The position numbers and the translations under genes were made by a program. A DNA stretch of 64,000 bases from Candidatus Dojkabacteria bacterium (lineage in GTDB: Bacteria; Patescibacteriota; Dojkabacteria; SC72), in the NCBI GenBank assembly GCA_012513575.1, contig JAAZBX010000002.1, positions 33,830 through 97,829 of the forward strand, in the 5' to 3' direction. Below, in pieces: positions 10,054 to 18,970 of this stretch; the first letter of the stretch is position 1, and each line of letters opens with the position of its first letter. The notes beneath the pieces are model-generated. The model worked only from the letters and a program-made list of their open reading frames with translations, was not told the origin of the DNA and ran no database searches.

Positions 10054-12500
10054 TGGATAATAACAATTTAAATACAACAAAAAATTTTGTAAGTAAAACA
10101 AGTTCTTTAATTCAAGAAAAAGCTTCTGCTTTGCAAACAGGCGCAGATAAATACAGTACATTTAAGGAAGAAATTAAGGTCTTAACTAATAATGAAGAAA
10201 AAAACACCCCTCTTACTGAAAATTTTGTAGATTCTAATGAGGATGAAAAAAAGAAAAAGAAAATTAATCCCATTTTCGAAATGCTTGATACAATTATGGG
10301 GAAAAAGAAAAGTCTTAACAAAACAGAAAACTCAGAAGAATTAACTACTCCCATTCAGGAGGAATCCTCAAATATTGGAGAAAAAGTAGGTATAAACTCA
10401 AATATGCCTATTGAAGATTTACTTGCACCCATTGATATGGAGGTAGATTTTAACCATTTAGAGATGGGGGGATATTTCTTCAGAACACTCTTTGTAAGTG
10501 GCTATCCAAGATTTGTAGGCCCTAACTGGCTTTCACCAATTATTAATTTTGAGCACTCATTAAGGATTAGCACTTTCTACTACCCAGTTGAGTCAAAAAC
10601 GATACTTGAAAAATTGAAGAAAAAAATCGGAGAGATGGAGGCAACTCTATATACGCAAATGGAGGATCGAAAAGTTATTGACCCTTCGTTGAAAGTTGCC
10701 CTTTCAGACGCACAAATGCTTCAGGATTCTATTGCAGAAGGGACAGAGAAATTTTTTCATTTCTCAATGTATGTTACATTGTATGCGAAAGATAAAGATC
10801 AATTAGAAAAAATATCAAGAAATGTTGTATCTACCTTCGCAGCAATGAATGTCACTGCTAAACCAGCTACATTACAACAAGAGCAAGCATTTATCGGAAC
10901 TCAACCAAGAGGAATAGACAACCTATATATTACCAGAAATATGGATACTACATCTTTGGCAACTACATTCCCATTTGTTACATCAGAATTAACAATGGAC
11001 CATGGGATTATGTACGGTCTTAATATGCATAATAAAAGCTTAGTTGTATTTGATAGATTCGAGTTAGAAAATGCAAATGCTGTAATATTTGCGAAATCTG
11101 GTGCAGGGAAAAGCTATTTTGTTAAGCTAGAAGCTATTAGAAGCTTGATGCTTGGAACTGAAATAATCATTATTGACCCCGAAAGAGAGTATGAAAACTT
11201 AGCGAAAGCTGTAAATGGAGCTTACATCTCATTCTCACAAGACAAAGGACATAAAATGAATCCATTTGAGCTATCTGGTGTCTCAGAGGAAGGAGACGAT
11301 GAACTGAGGATGAAGCTACTTGCATTGCATGGATTTTTCAAGGTACTCTTTGAAGGATTAACTAATATAGAAGATTCCATCCTTGATAGGGCTTTATCAT
11401 TAGCTTACAGAGAGAAAGGAATTACTTACGACCCCAAGACCCAAAACAGGCCAGCACCATTGTTAGAAGACCTTTACAAAGTACTTAAAGGGATGGCAGA
11501 AACAGAGGCACACGGACTGGCTAAAAGACTCGAGAAATATATAATAGGAAGCGGGGCTGGTGTGTTCAATGAAGCAAGTAATTTTGAAATTAACAACCCA
11601 TTTACAGTATTTAGTGTCAGAGATCTCCAGGAGGAATTAAAACCTTTAGCAATGTACCTTATGTTGGATTTTATTTGGACAAGGATTAGAAAAGATAGAA
11701 AAAGAAGAATTTTAATTGTTGATGAAGCCTGGTATATGATGCAATCAGAAGACTCTGCTAAATTTATGTACTCTATTGCCAAGAGGGCTAGGAAATACTA
11801 TTTAGGACTCTCAACGATAACTCAGGATGTTGCTGACTTCTTAGGTAATGAGATGGGAAGAGCTATTATTTCGAACTCCTCTATCCAAGTATTAATGAAG
11901 CAAAGCCCTTCTGCGGTAGAGTTATTGCAAAAAGTATTTAATTTATCTGATGGAGAAAGAAACTATCTGCTAAACTGTGATAAGGGACAGGGCCTATTTT
12001 TTGCAGGACAGAATCATGTAGGAATACAAGTATTATCAAGTATATCTGAGCATGAGGTTATTACTTCTGATCCTAGAGATTTAGAGAAATTAAAGGAACG
12101 TGAAGGTATTACCGATACAAGAACAATTGAACAGATGGCACAAATCTACGACCCTCCTGCAGTTCAACAACCAATGAGAGACGGAAGCGGTAACAGAGAA
12201 AGTGAAATCATTATGGGAGCAGTAGAAACAAAAGAAAAACAGAAAAAAATACTTCAAGATGAAAGAGTCAGGTATCAAGAAGAACTTGAGAAAAGACTTG
12301 CAGAACAAGAAAAAATAATTAATCCAAGTAAATCAGAAAGTCAAGAAACCTTCCTTGATCAACTTAACAAACAAACTTTAACTGGACAAATACTCTCTTC
12401 GAGGAAATCTATTCAAAAAGATAGAAAACATCTAACACCTCAAGGTTATGTAGAAAGCTATCCACAGGATAATCAGCAAGAAAATGGGCCTATTTACTAA
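10053..12500 (+). CDS. virB4: VirB4/ConE/TraE-family secretion ATPase
   Basis: Walker A AKSGAGKS, IIIDPEREY, Walker B IVDEAW, KRARKY, TQDVADF; charged low-complexity extensions at both ends. Confidence 0.88.
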   Translation: MDNNNLNTTKNFVSKTSSLIQEKASALQTGADKYSTFKEEIKVLTNNEEKNTPLTENFVDSNEDEKKKKKINPIFEMLDTIMGKKKSLNKTENSEELTTPIQEESSNIGEKVGINSNMPIEDLLAPIDMEVDFNHLEMGGYFFRTLFVSGYPRFVGPNWLSPIINFEHSLRISTFYYPVESKTILEKLKKKIGEMEATLYTQMEDRKVIDPSLKVALSDAQMLQDSIAEGTEKFFHFSMYVTLYAKDKDQLEKISRNVVSTFAAMNVTAKPATLQQEQAFIGTQPRGIDNLYITRNMDTTSLATTFPFVTSELTMDHGIMYGLNMHNKSLVVFDRFELENANAVIFAKSGAGKSYFVKLEAIRSLMLGTEIIIIDPEREYENLAKAVNGAYISFSQDKGHKMNPFELSGVSEEGDDELRMKLLALHGFFKVLFEGLTNIEDSILDRALSLAYREKGITYDPKTQNRPAPLLEDLYKVLKGMAETEAHGLAKRLEKYIIGSGAGVFNEASNFEINNPFTVFSVRDLQEELKPLAMYLMLDFIWTRIRKDRKRRILIVDEAWYMMQSEDSAKFMYSIAKRARKYYLGLSTITQDVADFLGNEMGRAIISNSSIQVLMKQSPSAVELLQKVFNLSDGERNYLLNCDKGQGLFFAGQNHVGIQVLSSISEHEVITSDPRDLEKLKEREGITDTRTIEQMAQIYDPPAVQQPMRDGSGNRESEIIMGAVETKEKQKKILQDERVRYQEELEKRLAEQEKIINPSKSESQETFLDQLNKQTLTGQILSSRKSIQKDRKHLTPQGYVESYPQDNQQENGPIY

Positions 12501-12735
12501 AAAGAAAACAACGGAAGAGGTTACTACTCCAATTCAAGAAGAACTTTATCTTGTTACTAAGGCTGTAGACACTACTTCTTTACCAAAAGAAGTATTAAAT
12601 ACCGATTTCGAGCTACTCTCGAAAGCAGAAGAAAAAAGCAATTATCGCTCGAATATTGCCAAATCAATTAGGAATCCACAAATCTCCCGAGCAGTTTCTT
12701 CCCTTCAACTCAAAAATCCTTTTAAGGGGGTTTAA
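12484..12735 (+). CDS. Small hypothetical protein at end of the T4SS-like operon
   Basis: Overlaps virB4 end; fills the gap to the convergent gene; shares a peptide with the VirB4 N-terminus. Confidence 0.6.
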   Translation: MGLFTKKKTTEEVTTPIQEELYLVTKAVDTTSLPKEVLNTDFELLSKAEEKSNYRSNIAKSIRNPQISRAVSSLQLKNPFKGV

Positions 12736-13913
12736 CTTAGTGGCCCTTGGTCCACATTTAAAAACTGCGAAAGATTCTCACTGTTAATTGTAATGGGAGT
12801 TGGTTCTCCTTCTATTATTTTCCTTGCAACACTTCTAATAATTGTCGCAATATTCCTTTCCAGTTGTCTTATACCCGCATCAAATCCTACTGGCCTTATT
12901 ATAGAAATCCAAACATCTTCGGAGAAAACAACTTGAGTATCTGAAAGAGAATATTCCTCAAGTACATTTGGGAGGATGTACTGTTTTGCAATAATCTCTT
13001 TCTCTTGGTCAGAATAACTTGTAAATCGAATCACTTCGACCCTATCAAGCAAAGCAGCTGAAAGCCCTCCCAAGTTATTTGCAGTACAGATAAACATAAC
13101 TTTAGATAAGTCCACAGGAAAATCAATATAATGGTCTATAAAATTAGAATTCTGTTCGGGATCTAGGACTTCAAGGAGTGTCGCCATAACATCATTTAGC
13201 AATCCCGCATTTCCACTTGATTTTTCAATTTCGTCTAACAAGATAACAGGATTCATCGTCCCACATCTTATCAACGACTTAACAATTTGCCCAGGTTCTC
13301 CATCAAGAGAATATCGTGGTGTTCCTCTTAATGTTCTCACATCACCTATTGCACCTAATGATACTCGTGCGAATTTCCTGTTCATAGAAGTTGCTATTGA
13401 TTTTGCGATAGAAGTCTTTCCTACCCCCTGTAGACCGACAAAGAGAAAGACTGGAGTTGAGACGTGGTGTTCATTTTCTGTCTTCGGTGCTTGCCTCTGA
13501 AATACACTCTCATCATTCATTTGAAGCTGAGTTGGGATAATCGGACGTGAAGAAATATTCCCCTGCTTCAACTGCATGGATGCAAGGTAATCAAGAATCA
13601 AATTCTTAACCGATTCCATTCCATAGTGACTTGAGTCCATTATCTTTTTGGCTTGATAAATATCTAAGGTGTCTGCAGAAAAGTTTCCCCACGGGATTTT
13701 CACTATCCAATCAATATATTTACTTACAGTCTCAAACTCATTACTATACCCACCCATTCTAACCATTCTTTTTAGACGATTAATAGATTGAATACTCTCT
13801 TCTTTTAATCCAGAAGGAACAGGAGAAGAAAGTAATTTGTTTTCCAAGGCTACTATTTCGCCTACACTTTCGTTCATTCCTGAGTCATTTGTATTAATAT
13901 TTTGGTAATCCAT
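12732..13913 (-). CDS. Lon-type AAA+ ATPase lacking the N-terminal substrate domain and the Ser-Lys protease domain
   Basis: YIDWIVKIPW, HYGMESVK, GLQGVGKTS, NPVILLDEIEK, LLEVLDPEQN..F.DHY, VDLSKVMFICTAN, GIRQLER; stops at the AAA/protease junction. Confidence 0.85.
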   Translation of the reverse strand: MDYQNINTNDSGMNESVGEIVALENKLLSSPVPSGLKEESIQSINRLKRMVRMGGYSNEFETVSKYIDWIVKIPWGNFSADTLDIYQAKKIMDSSHYGMESVKNLILDYLASMQLKQGNISSRPIIPTQLQMNDESVFQRQAPKTENEHHVSTPVFLFVGLQGVGKTSIAKSIATSMNRKFARVSLGAIGDVRTLRGTPRYSLDGEPGQIVKSLIRCGTMNPVILLDEIEKSSGNAGLLNDVMATLLEVLDPEQNSNFIDHYIDFPVDLSKVMFICTANNLGGLSAALLDRVEVIRFTSYSDQEKEIIAKQYILPNVLEEYSLSDTQVVFSEDVWISIIRPVGFDAGIRQLERNIATIIRSVARKIIEGEPTPITINSENLSQFLNVDQGPLS

Positions 13914-14056
13914 ATGTATATTTAGTGTATAGACAAGTAATAATTAAGTCAAACAGCCATAATATAATTGACAAGAAATTCTAAAGAATAATACTTTTTT
14001 GACATCATTGTAATACCATGATAATCTTTTACTAGATAATTTAAACTGCCTATTAA

Positions 14057-15547
14057 ATGAGAAAATTTTCATTCGTTTTTTCAATTCTTTTTTTGTTAAT
14101 TTCTTTCAATCTTGCTTTCGCTGCAGAAGTAAAGCTTGAGGATGCTTCTACAGCATCAGACAAACTAATTTCCCTTTCAGTAGATACAAAAGAGGAGACT
14201 ACAGATACAATTAAAATTGTTCTAAAGGCATCTGAGGGTGTAGACATTTCCGATGTTCAAGAAGGAGCATTAGGTTGTTCAACGTTTTCTTCTGTTCCTA
14301 ATAAAAATATTGTCGAGATAATATGCACTTTCTCTTCGCCAAAAACCATATCGGGGAAATTAGCAGACATTAAATTCGCAACAGCTTCTGAAAGCTACGA
14401 TTTTACTGTAGATGAAACTCAATCTGAAATTGGTAAGTTAAAAATTGATAATGTTGTGAATATTGGAGACATGCAAATAGAACAGTCCCAAACAACAAAT
14501 AATCCTGATACCTCCAAAACGACAGAAGAAACTCCAACAAGCGAAGAGGCAACCGAGACTACTTCAACAACAACTTCTCAAACTATCACTAAGAAGCAGA
14601 ATGGTTTTATGGATTTCTTACCATACATCCTTCTGGGAGCTGCAGGTATTTTTCTAATTTCAATAATTGTTTTACTAATAACCAAGAAAAAGGATGATGT
14701 AAAAGGTAATACTATGTCGCTTCCTAATACCCAAGACCAAAAAGCAGTAGTCCCACCACTAATTAATTCCCAACCAGAAACGGCTTCCCAGCCACTACCG
14801 GAAACATCTGTTGAACAAATAGTAACTGAAACAAGTACAAACACCTCTCCTTTGAATCAAGAATCTAAGCCAACCCTGGCTGAATTGGTCGGTGTAACAC
14901 CAGAAATCTCGCCCGAGTTGCCAATAACAGAACCAGTTTCAGAAACTACTAGCTCTGAATCAAAAGAACAGGCTGACTTAGATGCATTATTAAGGAGCGA
15001 GAATCCGAGCATTAATACAATTCCACAAGAGCAAGTTGTTAATACCCCTACGATTGAGAACTCACAAGTACAAGTAATAGAAAACAGCTATGTAGAAGAT
15101 CCTCGTACTGAGATCCCCTCAGGCTATTCTGCCAATGTCTCTACAGGTGGACTGCCAGAAGTCGGTTCTACTTCCCCATTAGAGAATCTAAATCAGAACA
15201 CATCTATAACACCAGCTAATGAACCTGTTCCGTATAAAACGAGCACCGTTTTAAATGAGATTACCGGAGAGAATAATCCTGTCGAACAAATTCAAGAACC
15301 AATAATAAATGCTGTTGGGGATACCTCTTTAAATCAAGATTTCAATCAAACTCCCTCCTCAACTACAGATGTAGAAACACAACCGATAAATGAAGCAATA
15401 GAAGTTACACCTATGATTGATCCTGATTTACAAAACCTTGTAAATCAAGAAATAAGTCATATCCCTGCCAATCCGACACTTTCCCAAGAGCAAATGCAAA
15501 ACCCTATCGCAAGTACAAACACAGGAAATCCGGTTAATCCTATGTAG
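14057..15547 (+). CDS. Single-pass membrane protein: signal peptide, cohesin-like beta domain, S/T linker, TM, long acidic P/T/E/N/Q-rich tail
   Basis: AFA signal-peptidase site; TM LPYILLGAAGIFLISIIVLLI followed by KKK; low-complexity C-terminal ~285 aa. Confidence 0.75.
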   Translation: MRKFSFVFSILFLLISFNLAFAAEVKLEDASTASDKLISLSVDTKEETTDTIKIVLKASEGVDISDVQEGALGCSTFSSVPNKNIVEIICTFSSPKTISGKLADIKFATASESYDFTVDETQSEIGKLKIDNVVNIGDMQIEQSQTTNNPDTSKTTEETPTSEEATETTSTTTSQTITKKQNGFMDFLPYILLGAAGIFLISIIVLLITKKKDDVKGNTMSLPNTQDQKAVVPPLINSQPETASQPLPETSVEQIVTETSTNTSPLNQESKPTLAELVGVTPEISPELPITEPVSETTSSESKEQADLDALLRSENPSINTIPQEQVVNTPTIENSQVQVIENSYVEDPRTEIPSGYSANVSTGGLPEVGSTSPLENLNQNTSITPANEPVPYKTSTVLNEITGENNPVEQIQEPIINAVGDTSLNQDFNQTPSSTTDVETQPINEAIEVTPMIDPDLQNLVNQEISHIPANPTLSQEQMQNPIASTNTGNPVNPM

Positions 15548-15552
15548 AGAAA

Positions 15553-16113
15553 TTAAAAATTTCTCCACATCTGACTTGTTTTCACTTTGGTATCTCCAGT
15601 ATATTTGCTGTTTAATTTATCACTACCATATGGTTTTTCACAATTAGAATCCAACTCTTCAAAAGCCAATTGGGCAACCTTCATTCCTTCATAAATTTTG
15701 ATTGGCAAGGGAGATGTATTAACAAGCTCTAAGGTCAATCGTAATTGGTTCCCTGGATCTAAGAAACCCGCTGTCGCATGTATTAATAATCCTATCCTAG
15801 CTAAAGAGCTTTTACCTTCCAATCTTCCAACATGCCTCGAATCAACTCCTGTTATCTCTTTTACATTCGCGAGAGCAAATTGCCATGGTTTCAAAACAAA
15901 AGCTTCACCCATACCGATTTCAATCTCTTCCATCAAATTATCTATATTTTTCTTTACATCAATAACCTTACCCTCACCTTCTTTAAAAATCATAAAATAC
16001 CTATCTAAATGGAGATCATACGAAGCTGGCTGTAAAAATTCTTCTGAAAAAGGTTCAATAACAATTTCTCCCTTTTTAAGGCTATCCTTAATACTTTTAT
16101 CTGACAGAATCAT
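15553..16113 (-). CDS. dcd: dCTP deaminase (possibly bifunctional, dUMP-forming)
   Basis: MILSD, QPASYDL, EGKSSLARIGL, AGFLDPG, LTLEL, VAQLAF, KY. Confidence 0.93.
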   Translation of the reverse strand: MILSDKSIKDSLKKGEIVIEPFSEEFLQPASYDLHLDRYFMIFKEGEGKVIDVKKNIDNLMEEIEIGMGEAFVLKPWQFALANVKEITGVDSRHVGRLEGKSSLARIGLLIHATAGFLDPGNQLRLTLELVNTSPLPIKIYEGMKVAQLAFEELDSNCEKPYGSDKLNSKYTGDTKVKTSQMWRNF

Positions 16114-16140
16114 TTGATTATTTAATAAATTATTTTGCGA

Positions 16141-17736
16141 TTAAGACCTATCGACAAACTCAATTTTCGAATCAATCTTTGGGGACTGAATCCTTTTTAA
16201 CAATGAATTCCATATAGGATCTTTCATATTTAAATTCTTTAACCACTCATAAACGAGAACTCTGTACGCAATATGACCTCCATTTCTAGATCTAAGATTA
16301 ATAACATACTGAAGGTCATCATAAGAACCATACATAATGTATTTTGTAGCGTGAGCATGAGGTAATAAATATTTTGTATATTCATTACAAACTTCTTCAG
16401 ATAAAACTTTTTTTGCTTTCTCTCTCCATGATTTAATCATCGAGTAGGTCTCTTCCAAAACCTCTTGATACTCTTCCTTCAAAATTTTTAATTGAGGAAT
16501 ATCCAAATAGTTACACAAAAAGAAACAATCTTCTTCTCTACGAGCTAATTCCTGATCCATATCAATTTCATCGTGTAAAATTGGTATAAAACGTTCTAAA
16601 CTTCTATGCCTATTTAAATCTTTTAAGGTACCCAGTGTTGCAAATCCTTCTATCTTAACAGCTCCGCTTTGGGCAACATTCCCAACTGTTCTGTGCTGAT
16701 TGTGATGTTCGGAAAGTACTTCCCCTATAAATTCTTGGTCCTCTTGATCAAAGCTATACTCTTTAATGGAACCTAACGGGTTTAGTAGTGCTTCATAATG
16801 TGTTAATAAGCACTCCGTTAAATCCGGAGAGTAACTCACCTTAATTGAACTAGATTCCGAATCAGGGAATGTTGGTATTTGCTTTCTATCTAAGTTATTT
16901 TTAAGATAATCTAGAATTTCTCTTGTTGAATTCCTCCTACTACTGTTTGATTCGGTATGACGTATCAAATTATCCGCCTCTCTTATATACCCCCTTGCAT
17001 CTAAGTCCGATTCTCCAAGTAAGTTCAGAACTAAGTCTGCAACTTCATTGTCTACAATGCTGTCTCCACCAAATAGGTACCCAATAAAATCGGACCATGC
17101 CCGAGCAGATAAAACTAAAGCATCACTTGTACTTAAGCCAACTGGAAGCAAATATCTTGCAACATCAAAAGATCTCGCTTTAAGAGAAGCACACTCCTGA
17201 GAACTTTCTTCATTTATTTTAAAATGTTTGGATAATTGCTCTTTTGTAGATTTAAGCAATTTCTTATAATCCGAAAGTTGTTTAAAAATTATCTTTTCGT
17301 ATTCCTTTCGAATTTCTTGTTTAGAACAAACTTCATTTGGAATTTTAATAAAGTTTGGATCTGAGAAATCTTGATACCTGGTAGATCTTTCTTGACCAGC
17401 AATAACTGGATTAATATAAAAAAACTTCATTCCAGTAATAATCGGGATGTTCTCAATACATACAAAAAGCTCCGCCATATCACCCACAGATTTGTGGCCA
17501 TATCCTGCAAAGATTTTTTCTAACCTTTCTGAGGCATCTGTTCCCGTATTAATTACCTCAGAAGCTATGTCTAAAATTGAGTCAGAGGATCTACTGTACC
17601 TTGCACCAAGATATGCGTTTATGGCGGGTTGTTTTGCGTTACAATTTTGTAACAGAGAGTGAACAACCATTCTATTCCATGATGATTCCGATTTAATTGT
17701 AGCAATATTTAAATCCTGCCTAAAGATTAGTTTCAT
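16141..17736 (-). CDS. thyX: FAD-dependent thymidylate synthase, tandem two-domain form
   Basis: ARYSRS, GYGHKSV, QERSTRY, ARYLLP in first half; RHRS, KYLLP, LRS in second half; in operon with dcd/glyA/folD. Confidence 0.85.
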   Translation of the reverse strand: MKLIFRQDLNIATIKSESSWNRMVVHSLLQNCNAKQPAINAYLGARYSRSSDSILDIASEVINTGTDASERLEKIFAGYGHKSVGDMAELFVCIENIPIITGMKFFYINPVIAGQERSTRYQDFSDPNFIKIPNEVCSKQEIRKEYEKIIFKQLSDYKKLLKSTKEQLSKHFKINEESSQECASLKARSFDVARYLLPVGLSTSDALVLSARAWSDFIGYLFGGDSIVDNEVADLVLNLLGESDLDARGYIREADNLIRHTESNSSRRNSTREILDYLKNNLDRKQIPTFPDSESSSIKVSYSPDLTECLLTHYEALLNPLGSIKEYSFDQEDQEFIGEVLSEHHNQHRTVGNVAQSGAVKIEGFATLGTLKDLNRHRSLERFIPILHDEIDMDQELARREEDCFFLCNYLDIPQLKILKEEYQEVLEETYSMIKSWREKAKKVLSEEVCNEYTKYLLPHAHATKYIMYGSYDDLQYVINLRSRNGGHIAYRVLVYEWLKNLNMKDPIWNSLLKRIQSPKIDSKIEFVDRS

Positions 17737-17737
17737 T

Positions 17738-18970
17738 TTATTGTATTCCCGGAATTTTAAATACTTTCGTAAAATTTACAATTTCTCTTCTTATCTCTTC
17801 CATTTCTTCTTTGTTCTTACTGTTTTTAATTGCTCTGTCAATGAATTGTGCTACAATCTCCATCTCCTTTTCTTTCATCCCTCTAGTAGTTAATGCTGGT
17901 GTTCCAATTCGAATACCCGATGGATCCCAGGGTTTTCTCCCGTCATTTGGAATAGCATTTTTGTTTACAGTTATTCCAACAGAATCCAGAATATCACCAA
18001 CCTCTTTACCAGAAAGTCCAACAGAAGAAACCATATCTACAAGGAAAAGATGGTTATCTGTTCCTCCAGAAATTATCTTGTAACCCAGATTTGAAAGTGA
18101 TTCCGCTAATTTTTTTGCGTTTATCACAACTTGCTGAGAATATTTCTTGAATTCATCAGTGCTTGCTTCTTTTAAAGCAACAGCTATTCCTGCCGTAATA
18201 TGGTTATGTGGCCCTCCCTGCAAACCTGGGAAAATAGCCTTATCAATTTTCTGTGCAATTTCCTCATCATTAGATAGAATCATTGCTCCCCTTGGGCCTC
18301 TAAGCGTTTTGTGAGTAGTAGTAGTAATTACATCTGCAAAACCTACTGGGGAAGGATAAACACCAGAAGCAATCAAACCAGCAACATGGGAGATATCTGC
18401 AACTAAATACGCTCCAACCTCATCTGAAATTTCTCTAAATTTTTTCCAATCAAGAATCCTTGAATATGCGGAGAATCCTGCCCATATTAGTTTTGGTTTA
18501 GCTTTTTGAGCTAGGGAGAGAATTTCATCGTAATTAATATATCCATTGCTATCCACTCCGTAGTTTACAGCATTGTAAAAACTTCCAGAGAATGAGACCT
18601 TAAACCCATGAGTCAGATGCCCACCCGAATCTAACGACATACCCATTACGGTATCTCCTAAATTTAACAAGGCAAAGCAAACTGCAAGATTTGCAGGAGA
18701 ACCAGAATAGGGTTGAACATTTGCAAAATTCACTTTAAAAAGATTCTTTGCCCTTTCGATAGCCTCAATTTCAATTTCATCAATAAATTGGTTCCCATTG
18801 TAATATCTCTTACCTGGATAACCTTCTGAATATTTATTTGTTAAAATTGAGCCCATACATTGCAGAACATCTTCTGAGACATAATTTTCAGAAGCTATCA
18901 ATTCTAACCCTTCAAATTGTCGCTGTTTCTCTTTATTTATTAATTCAAACACCTTATTATTTTGCACCAT
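17738..18970 (-). CDS. glyA: Serine hydroxymethyltransferase
   Basis: LELIASEN, NKYSEGYPGKRYY, GGHLTHG, TTTTHKTLRGPRG, SGIRIGTPALTTRG. Confidence 0.98.
   Translation of the reverse strand: MVQNNKVFELINKEKQRQFEGLELIASENYVSEDVLQCMGSILTNKYSEGYPGKRYYNGNQFIDEIEIEAIERAKNLFKVNFANVQPYSGSPANLAVCFALLNLGDTVMGMSLDSGGHLTHGFKVSFSGSFYNAVNYGVDSNGYINYDEILSLAQKAKPKLIWAGFSAYSRILDWKKFREISDEVGAYLVADISHVAGLIASGVYPSPVGFADVITTTTHKTLRGPRGAMILSNDEEIAQKIDKAIFPGLQGGPHNHITAGIAVALKEASTDEFKKYSQQVVINAKKLAESLSNLGYKIISGGTDNHLFLVDMVSSVGLSGKEVGDILDSVGITVNKNAIPNDGRKPWDPSGIRIGTPALTTRGMKEKEMEIVAQFIDRAIKNSKNKEEMEEIRREIVNFTKVFKIPGIQ

Noticed and set aside
8586-12735. Integrative conjugative element or prophage
   Set aside because: No integrase, relaxase, coupling protein, phage genes, flanking direct repeats or obvious composition shift
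12732-13913. lon pseudogene
   Set aside because: Uninterrupted ORF with intact motifs, clean domain boundaries and no protease remnant in other frames
14500-15547. Tandem DNA repeat or CRISPR-like array in the low-complexity region
   Set aside because: Amino-acid compositional bias only; no repeated nucleotide unit with spacers
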